Notes under the pieces: generated by a model
What the model was told of the DNA's origin: nothing
What the model saw: the letters and a program-made list of their open reading frames with translations, nothing else
Database searches by the model: none
Shown: in pieces, positions 46,136-53,513 of the stretch
Position numbering within the stretch: the first letter of the stretch is position 1
Layout of the letters: each line of letters begins with the position of its first letter
Translations under genes and position numbers: made by a program
DNA from: a virus
Taxonomy: Duplodnaviria > Caudoviricetes
Direction: 5' to 3' (one strand)
Length of the DNA: 64,000 bases
Virus record (IMG/VR): IMGVR_UViG_3300027983_002388

Positions 46136-46642
46136 TTAGCGAATGTTTTCTTCCAACAACTTCTTCACCCTGTTGAGATGGACGTTCGTGTCGATACGAA
46201 GCTGGCCCGATCTAACTCGTGGGTTGTTTATTCCAGTGGATGTTTTGATATTGATAATTGCACCGCCTCTAATATCCTTGATTACAACTTCGGATTTAGA
46301 GTATTCCATCCCACCTTCAATGGATTCAATCATAGTTGATTTGAAAACAAAAATACCATTTGGTTTCTTTTCAATTGTTTCTTTTGCAATCCAAACGAAG
46401 ACTCCTTTGCTGGAATCTCTGCGAACTTTGAACTTGCCGTTGCCAAGGTCTTCAACAAGAGTTACGCCGGACGCTTCTCGAACGGCATCTCTGTGAGAAT
46501 CGACCCAATCAATTGTCTTTTGTGCAGTCGATCTAACTTCGATTTCTTTTTCGACCGTTGCTGCTGCATCTGCTGCATTGGCGATGTGTGGCATAAAGAT
46601 GCTCGTACCAAGCAATGCCAATAGAACTAACAAGTGTTTCAT
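46136..46642 (-). CDS. secreted protein
   Basis: signal peptide ending in ANA; GGAGG SD. Confidence 0.7.
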   Translation of the reverse strand: MKHLLVLLALLGTSIFMPHIANAADAAATVEKEIEVRSTAQKTIDWVDSHRDAVREASGVTLVEDLGNGKFKVRRDSSKGVFVWIAKETIEKKPNGIFVFKSTMIESIEGGMEYSKSEVVIKDIRGGAIINIKTSTGINNPRVRSGQLRIDTNVHLNRVKKLLEENIR

Positions 46643-46753
46643 ATCCCCTCCGTGTGAAATGTGACTTGAAGTGACTTCTGATGTTATATAGCCTCAATAT
46701 TTTGATATTGCACACTCCTTTATGTCGTCCAACCTTTTATCGGAGGAAACAAA

Positions 46754-47488
46754 ATGAAAGGCATTATTTTAGCAGGCGGGATGGGGACAAGACTTCATCC
46801 TTTGACAAAAGTAACCAACAAATGCTTATTGCCAGTGCATGATAGACCCATGATTTATTGGCCAATTCAAACACTTGTGGGCAGTGGCATCAAAGATATT
46901 CTTTTAGTATGTGGCGGGAACGCCGCAGGTGAATTTTTGAGAATCCTTGGCAACGGTGAAGAATTTGGCCTGAAACATCTTCACTACACATACCAGAAAG
47001 AAGCAAATGGAATTGCCGACGCTTTATCTTTGGCAGAAGAATGGGCAGACAATGAACCAGTAGCCGTAATTCTGGCTGACAACATTTATGAAAATCCGGT
47101 TCCTGAAGTTGTTACCGCCTTTGAAAAGAATCCTGATGGCGCACACATCTTCTTGACGCCAGTAGACCATCCAGAGTGTTACGGCGTAGTTGAAACAGAC
47201 GCAGCAGGAAAAGTAATAGGGATCGAAGAAAAACCTAAAGAACCGAAATCCAACTTGATCGCAACAGGGTTGTATATGTACGACGGAGGAGTTTGGGACT
47301 ACATCCGAACGCTCAAGCCATCCAAGAGAAACGAACTTGAGATCACCGATCTCAATAATCGTTATTTGGGCATTGGGAAGCTCCACGCTCACACAATCAA
47401 TGGTTGGTGGGCAGACTGCGGAGAAAGTCTCGAAGGATATACGCAGACGTGCTATGCAGCCAGCAGACTTGGAAAGAAGGCTGAGTAA
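46754..47488 (+). CDS. glucose-1-phosphate thymidylyltransferase-like (RmlA/SpsI) NTP-sugar transferase
   Basis: GIILAGGMGTRLHPLT..NK.LLPV, LADNI, YGVV, EEKP, ELEITD. Confidence 0.92.
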   Translation: MKGIILAGGMGTRLHPLTKVTNKCLLPVHDRPMIYWPIQTLVGSGIKDILLVCGGNAAGEFLRILGNGEEFGLKHLHYTYQKEANGIADALSLAEEWADNEPVAVILADNIYENPVPEVVTAFEKNPDGAHIFLTPVDHPECYGVVETDAAGKVIGIEEKPKEPKSNLIATGLYMYDGGVWDYIRTLKPSKRNELEITDLNNRYLGIGKLHAHTINGWWADCGESLEGYTQTCYAASRLGKKAE

Positions 47489-47489
47489 A

Positions 47490-48377
47490 ATGAAAGTTGT
47501 AGTTTGTCCTTTGGTTAGTCGAGATGTCCCGAAAGCAATTAGGGCAGTCAACTCGATTCGCAACATGATGGCAACAACCGAAGTTCAGTTTTCGGTTGTT
47601 GCCATCATCAATTCGTTAAACGCTGAATTCATTCAGGAATTCAAAACTTGGTGCGACCAAGAATCTGTTGAATACAAAATAACGCCGTCCAAAGGAACTC
47701 CCGCAGCAGGTAAAAATCAATGCCTGAAGTTTTTCCGGGAATCTCAATATGATGGAATGTGCATGGTTGATGGTGACGATCTGTATTATCCAAGTGCCGG
47801 ACTCCAAATCGAGAGACACTTAAAGCATCACCCTGGCACTGATTTATTGATCGTCAAGCCATCCGATCAAATCAATAACTACAGCAACAATTCAGTCCAA
47901 ATAAAAGAAAAAGTACACGCCTGTTGTTGGGGCGACAATATATTCCCATTGCCATACACTTATGGACCCGCAAAACATGAAATGTTCTCCAACAGAGCGG
48001 CTGCTCACAACTTAGGCGGGCATGTTTTTTACAGTCGCAAATTTGTCGAACTCCTTGAATACGATGAAGACCAACTATTGGGAGAAGACCTCTTGTTGGA
48101 GTTCAAAGCATTGAAGCTGCATCAGGAAGGGAAGTTGTGCTTCTGGCTGAGTTTTGCCAGCGACGTTCAGTTTCTTGATCGAACAGGCGAATCAAATATT
48201 CAAGCGATAAAAAACGAAACAGACGGAGAGATGTATTACAACCGGCTGGTTGAAAAAGTAACGTCGATCCTTGATACAAATCGAAGTTCGTTCAATGAGC
48301 TTCCTGTGGAATTTCCCAAAATCATATTCGGTCATGCCGAAAAAATTGCGTGGATTGCCCAACAAGTCGTAGTCTAA
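47490..48377 (+). CDS. putative GT-A glycosyltransferase
   Basis: GKNQCL, MVDGDD, GED motifs; start at 47490 coupled to the upstream gene. Confidence 0.65.
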   Translation: MKVVVCPLVSRDVPKAIRAVNSIRNMMATTEVQFSVVAIINSLNAEFIQEFKTWCDQESVEYKITPSKGTPAAGKNQCLKFFRESQYDGMCMVDGDDLYYPSAGLQIERHLKHHPGTDLLIVKPSDQINNYSNNSVQIKEKVHACCWGDNIFPLPYTYGPAKHEMFSNRAAAHNLGGHVFYSRKFVELLEYDEDQLLGEDLLLEFKALKLHQEGKLCFWLSFASDVQFLDRTGESNIQAIKNETDGEMYYNRLVEKVTSILDTNRSSFNELPVEFPKIIFGHAEKIAWIAQQVVV

Positions 48378-48490
48378 ATTTACAAACGGCAAATTTCGTG
48401 GTAGAATACTTCCGTCACAACGCCCCTAAATGAAGCAAGCCCCGATGCAAGGTGCATCGAGGCCAAGGTATTCTCCAGAAAGGACCGAAA

Positions 48491-49906
48491 ATGAATTGGC
48501 TCAACAACATTTGCTGGCTTTCCGATTCGTACAAAATCAGTCACTACAAGCAGTATCCGCCTGGGACAAAACGAATTTACTCGTATTTCGAGTCACGATC
48601 CGGGTCGGTTCATCCTGCCACGACCTTTTTTGGCCTCCAATATTGGCTGAAGCAATATCTGGTTGGGCAAGTCGTAACCGCCGAAAAAATCGACAAAGCA
48701 GAACGGCTGTTTAACAAACACTTCGGCGGCAAGGTTTTTAATCGTGAGGGTTGGGAATACATCCTCAACGTCCACAATGGTCGCCTACCTGTCGAGATTA
48801 AAGCGGCCCCCGAAGGTACAGTGGTTGGAGAATCCAACGTGTTGATGACGGTCGAAAATACCGACGACAACGCATTTTGGTTGACCAACTATCTGGAAAC
48901 TTTACTGGTCCAGGTTTGGTATCCATCGACAGTCGCCACGCAAAGCCGAGCGATGAAGAAAGTCATCCTCGAATATCTTGCAAAGACAGGCGATACGGAC
49001 CTGATCCACTTCAAGTTACACGACTTCGGTTTCCGTGGGGTCACTTGCCCAGAACAAGCCGCAATCGGTGGTGCATCGCACCTTGTAAACTTCATGGGAA
49101 CCGATACGATTCTAGGGCTTGTCTTATTGGACGAATTCTATCATGAACCATGTGCTGGCTTCTCGATTCCGGCTGCTGAACACAGCACAATCACGTCATG
49201 GGGACGTGAACACGAAGTCGATGCTTGTCGCAACATGCTAGTTCAGTATCCAACCGGCCTCGTAGCAACAGTGAGCGATAGCTACGACATTTTCAACTGC
49301 TGTGCCAATATTTGGGGCGGCGTCCTCAAAGACGAAGTGTTGGCTCGTGACGGTGTTTTGGTTGTTCGCCCGGACTCTGGCGACCCTCCGACCGTTGTGG
49401 TGAAAGTGCTGGATATTCTTGGCGAGAAATTCGGCATCACGATGAACAACAAGGGATATAAAGTCCTGCATCCCAAGGTTCGAGTTATTCAAGGAGACGG
49501 CATCGACTTCAAGATGCTCGACCTGATCCTCTCAGCAATGGAAAAAGCTGGTTGGTCGGCTGACAACATTGCCTTCGGTTCAGGTGGTGGACTGCTTCAA
49601 AAACTCAATCGAGACACCCAACGATTTGCCTTCAAGTGTTCTTCGGCAGTTGTTGGCGATGAAGTCAGAGACGTTTACAAGCAGCCCATCACGGACGGCT
49701 GCAAGAAGTCCAAAGCTGGACGATTGAAGTTGGTCTGGTCAGACCGTCTCGGCCTCCTGGCGGGCGCACACGGCAAGGTTTTACAAACTGTGCCTGAGTC
49801 TGATCCACGTCCCGATCAGTTGCAGTTTGTCTTCAGGAACGGCGAACTTCTGGTTGACCAGACATTCGAGCAAGTTCGAGAAGCGACTAAACATACGATT
49901 CTGTAA
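48491..49906 (+). CDS. nadV: nicotinamide phosphoribosyltransferase family
   Basis: SDSYKISH, HDFGFRG, SIPAAEHS, VSDSYD, VRPDSGDP, IQGDG, AFGSGGGL. Confidence 0.92.
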   Translation: MNWLNNICWLSDSYKISHYKQYPPGTKRIYSYFESRSGSVHPATTFFGLQYWLKQYLVGQVVTAEKIDKAERLFNKHFGGKVFNREGWEYILNVHNGRLPVEIKAAPEGTVVGESNVLMTVENTDDNAFWLTNYLETLLVQVWYPSTVATQSRAMKKVILEYLAKTGDTDLIHFKLHDFGFRGVTCPEQAAIGGASHLVNFMGTDTILGLVLLDEFYHEPCAGFSIPAAEHSTITSWGREHEVDACRNMLVQYPTGLVATVSDSYDIFNCCANIWGGVLKDEVLARDGVLVVRPDSGDPPTVVVKVLDILGEKFGITMNNKGYKVLHPKVRVIQGDGIDFKMLDLILSAMEKAGWSADNIAFGSGGGLLQKLNRDTQRFAFKCSSAVVGDEVRDVYKQPITDGCKKSKAGRLKLVWSDRLGLLAGAHGKVLQTVPESDPRPDQLQFVFRNGELLVDQTFEQVREATKHTIL

Positions 49907-49948
49907 AATCAGAATAGATCAAGTACCACAATTTTATTCAGGAATGAT

Positions 49949-50352
49949 ATGACGAACTTCCAAGAATTCGTTGATCGTAAAAAAACGGTAAAAGTTGGCG
50001 TCGTTGGTTTTTCAGCCCAGAAGTTTGACATCTCTAAGGCAAAAGCCTATATCGTGGCGGCTTTTGACAAGATTGAAAAGGACTTCTCGCCGAAGAACAT
50101 TCATTGCATTTCCGGATTGACCGACCTTGGCATTCCAGCACTGGCGTACCGGGAAGCGCTCTGGAATACGACTTATTCAATGTCGATGAGACGATCTTGG
50201 TAGGGGAAGAGTGGGGCGATGAGAGCGATACATTCCTCTCCATGCTCGATGTCATGGTGAAGGTGGGCGGCGGTAAACAATCGGTAGCAGAGGCTGAAAA
50301 GGCCGAAGCGAACGGGTTGTCGGTGATGAAATTTGATTTGAAGGCCGAATAG
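49949..50352 (+). pseudogene. SLOG-family protein split by a short frameshifting deletion near 50158
   Basis: KVGVVGFS...ISGLTDLGIPALAYREA in one frame; ALEYDLFNVDE..VGEEWGDES.TFL...KVGGGKQS in another. Confidence 0.7.
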
Positions 50353-50441
50353 CAAGGTTCGTTGAAGGTACACCTTCGACGCTTCAGACGCTTCAGATTG
50401 TAGTCAAATTGCGATATTAGTCAATTAGTTGGTTGTAAACC

Positions 50442-51056
50442 CTAATTGTGACCTTTTCGGGCTTCGCACCAATCAGCAAAAGAGGTCTTATTTGGGAATC
50501 TCTTCTTAATTGCCCGCAAATGACCGGGCCAAGCCTCTGCGAATTTGGGATGCAATTTCATACCCTCCACCTTGTCCAAATCAGCCCATTCCGACGCATC
50601 GTGTTCTTTTGAAAGCTGTACGTCGAAAGGCTTTGCGACAGCCATCAGGTAGGTGTGAAAGTGATGTGCGCCATCTCTGGCGTGGAAGTGTCCGAACCGT
50701 TGTCCCTCTACGGTGCCGCATTCTTCTTTGGATTCTCGCCGAGCCACATCAAGTGGAGCTTCCCCTTCTTTGGCTTTTCCACCGGGAATGCCCCAATGAC
50801 CGGCGTAATCACTTGATCCATCTCTTTTCAACAAGAGAATCTTTTCACCATCGGTGAAAACGATGCCGCCGCCCAATCTACCCCAATATTTTTTGCCGTC
50901 TTTTCCGATCCGATGAAATTGTTCTGCCATGTCGGCCACAGTGGGATATATCTCCTGATGAGTTATTCCCCATTGTTTGCAAATATCGCAAAATGGAATA
51001 TCCGTTGTTTGTTCGTTTGTGATCGCTCCACAATGTTGACAAATATCGTGATTCAT
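50442..51056 (-). CDS. Nudix hydrolase with N-terminal zinc ribbon
   Basis: Nudix box GGKAKEGEAPLDVARRESKEECG; CQHC..CDIC. Confidence 0.9.
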   Translation of the reverse strand: MNHDICQHCGAITNEQTTDIPFCDICKQWGITHQEIYPTVADMAEQFHRIGKDGKKYWGRLGGGIVFTDGEKILLLKRDGSSDYAGHWGIPGGKAKEGEAPLDVARRESKEECGTVEGQRFGHFHARDGAHHFHTYLMAVAKPFDVQLSKEHDASEWADLDKVEGMKLHPKFAEAWPGHLRAIKKRFPNKTSFADWCEARKGHN

Positions 51057-51658
51057 TATCCCTTCGGCCCTCTCTTCAAAGGCACCGGCTTCATTTTAGA
51101 GACATGACGATCTGGTTGTCCCTTCAAATGGTGCATCATATTGTGCAACTCTTTTGTGACATCTGCCGCTGAGTCTCCGTTGCACTTCTGAGCGTGTTGG
51201 ACGGATACGGTTCGACGATCTTTGTTGTAGAAGCCTTTGCTTATAACAAAGCAATTGTGGTCTGTATTCCAAGTCACAACCCCCGTCCATTCTCCGTCAT
51301 CCCAATTACGATACGAGACGAGCAGACGGAGGGGCTTTTCCGTGAAGACGTGTTTGGTGTGATAGCCGTGATTCTTCAGTGCAGCACTAACATAACCCAA
51401 GCATATTTTGGCGAAGCCCTCCAAGGATTCCTTGGATGTAGTTCGATAATTTACTTCAATTGCGTATCTGGATGTCTCCACGGCTTCGACTAGATTCTCT
51501 TCCAGATATTCATGATGGGTTTTCATGCCGCCCCGTAGGGTTGTGGCAAAATACTCTTGACAAATACGCAAGAAGTCCTCTCGCTCTACCTTGAGTTCGG
51601 TATGCGTATCATTTTTTTGCTCATTTCGCCAATTGTGAAAGTCTTTCATTGTTCCCAT
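51056..51658 (-). CDS. protein with capsid-targeting-like N-terminus (MGTMKDFHNWRNE)
   Basis: start at 51658 or 51649; coupled to the Nudix gene. Confidence 0.65.
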   Translation of the reverse strand: MGTMKDFHNWRNEQKNDTHTELKVEREDFLRICQEYFATTLRGGMKTHHEYLEENLVEAVETSRYAIEVNYRTTSKESLEGFAKICLGYVSAALKNHGYHTKHVFTEKPLRLLVSYRNWDDGEWTGVVTWNTDHNCFVISKGFYNKDRRTVSVQHAQKCNGDSAADVTKELHNMMHHLKGQPDRHVSKMKPVPLKRGPKG

Positions 51659-52503
51659 CCTTTTTCGCCAATTTCGCAATCAAAGTTTGTCCAAATGACT
51701 TCCTGTCGCAATTTCTTTTCTCCGTTTTGGAGAGTCGAATTGGCAAACTCAGAGGTTCTTCTGAACTCTCTCCAGTCGTGGAGTAAACTCGGATACAGGT
51801 CATTTATATATCCAGACAAGATCACCTTGCCTTGTAAAGTCAGAAGCAATTTCAACAATAAAATGTGTTGATCGTCTGAGAATTCATGAGAGTAATTTTC
51901 ACCGCCAGTTCTCGAACTCATCAAATAAGGCGGGTCAATATAATGCAAGGCATTAGGGGTGTCATATCTTTGTATTGCATCTAAGGCATCAATGTGTTCA
52001 ATCTGAACATTCTTGATTCGGTTGCAAACATCTTCAAGTCCATCAATGGCTCCCAACCATTGACTGACTGGTAATGCCCTTTTTTGTCTAGCATCTTTTT
52101 TTGTATAACTCCATCGTCCTGGAGTAGCCTTGGTTGCCAAGCCGCTTCTAACCTGTCTGGCTTTTACAAAGAATCTACGAGCTTTTTCCAATGGATCAAT
52201 GGCTTCTTCCATACAAGCGATTCTGAATTCTTCTCGACTATACGGAGTAAGGTCCAATAGACCGACCAATTCTTTTTGATTCAATCTAAGAACTTCAAAG
52301 AAGTTCACCACATCATTGTGAATGTCATTGTAAACTTCTACATCACTTGGAGCTTTATTCAAAAGCACTGCTGCCGATCCGCCGAACGATTCCACATACA
52401 CTTTATGTGGAGTTGAATCCACTAATGGAACAAGCCAATTGAGATGACAGGTTTTTCCGCCATACCAAGAAAAAGCACTGATTTCATTTTTGCGTCTTCT
52501 CAT
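51646..52503 (-). CDS. Dam-like N6-adenine DNA methyltransferase (D12 class)
   Basis: WYGGK, YVESFGGS, VYNDI, YIDPPY. Confidence 0.92.
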   Translation of the reverse strand: MRRRKNEISAFSWYGGKTCHLNWLVPLVDSTPHKVYVESFGGSAAVLLNKAPSDVEVYNDIHNDVVNFFEVLRLNQKELVGLLDLTPYSREEFRIACMEEAIDPLEKARRFFVKARQVRSGLATKATPGRWSYTKKDARQKRALPVSQWLGAIDGLEDVCNRIKNVQIEHIDALDAIQRYDTPNALHYIDPPYLMSSRTGGENYSHEFSDDQHILLLKLLLTLQGKVILSGYINDLYPSLLHDWREFRRTSEFANSTLQNGEKKLRQEVIWTNFDCEIGEKGWEQ

Positions 52504-52594
52504 GTATATAATAAACAACTTTTTTTAGAATGGTTGAAAAATAAAGGCGTATATAGGATCAAAGAGCGAATAAATCACCAAATGAAATAAAGAG

Positions 52595-53467
52595 TCACCC
52601 CATCATGGGTCCAAGCAAATCGCCCCATTTAGAAATTAGCTTTTCTTCCCAATCCTTCTTTTCTTGAAGACCTTCGGCAAGAATAGCCTGACCATCTAAT
52701 TGAACGCCGCCACCAGGACCGGGAGGGTTAGCAATACGACTGCGAATGCGACCCAAAACGATCTTAGCGAATGCTAAAGACCCTTCCTGCATTGCCTGTG
52801 TCACCATTCGGAAATCTGGGCGGCGTTGTAAATACCGCACAGCGACAGGATAACTGCGATAAGGGATTGGATATAGCTTAATGTGGTTGTACCCACCTAG
52901 AAACTCCCATCCACCTTGCTGACTTGAGATTCTGTTGTACATATCTTCATATTGTTTGTATAAAACCCAATCGGACATATTGCCCCAAACTGGCTGTTGA
53001 GGGTTAATGCCACCGGCAATTGAGCCATAGGCTCCACCACCCATATAATCCAGAGGAATTACGCCACCCAAATCGGAAGCTGAAAAAGCATAATTGGCTG
53101 TTTCTTTATAGGAAATTTGTCTAATAAAGCCCACATCAGGTGGCATTTGATAAACGCTCTGTCCTGGTACTGTATAAAAAGTATGGTATTGAAAATATTC
53201 CATTGGGGCATAATCTTCAAAGATTTGCAGGGCGAAATCAATGCAGTTTTCGATCTGTTGATCGTCCAATTCGAGCGGCAAAACTGGTGCGCCGAGCATA
53301 GTCAGGACATATTCTTTAATTTGTCCACGCACTTTTTCTCTATTTCTGCGTGGGCCGATCTTATCTAAAGGATCGGTAGGGCCTAAATCTCCGCAGCCCT
53401 GTCCACAAGAAAGCTGTGAGAATTGGTCCTTAGTCGGTCGTGGGACAAAAAGCATATTGTTCATCAT
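52595..53467 (-). CDS. gp13: neck protein (T4 gp13-like)
   Basis: QIKEYVLTMLGAPVLPLELDDQQIENCIDFAL; GGGVQLDG..I..EG. Confidence 0.8.
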   Translation of the reverse strand: MMNNMLFVPRPTKDQFSQLSCGQGCGDLGPTDPLDKIGPRRNREKVRGQIKEYVLTMLGAPVLPLELDDQQIENCIDFALQIFEDYAPMEYFQYHTFYTVPGQSVYQMPPDVGFIRQISYKETANYAFSASDLGGVIPLDYMGGGAYGSIAGGINPQQPVWGNMSDWVLYKQYEDMYNRISSQQGGWEFLGGYNHIKLYPIPYRSYPVAVRYLQRRPDFRMVTQAMQEGSLAFAKIVLGRIRSRIANPPGPGGGVQLDGQAILAEGLQEKKDWEEKLISKWGDLLGPMMG

Positions 53468-53513
53468 GGTGATATATAGGAAGAGTACAAATGAAACTCG
53501 TAAAGGCAGGATT

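Noticed and set aside
48410-48490. NAD-related riboswitch upstream of NAMPT
   Set aside because: Only a single short hairpin (CGATGCA-agg-TGCATCG) is visible; no known aptamer consensus recognised. An Rfam search would settle it
50155-50165. Programmed -1 frameshift in the SLOG gene
   Set aside because: No slippery heptamer, and residues expected between the two halves are absent, which fits a deletion
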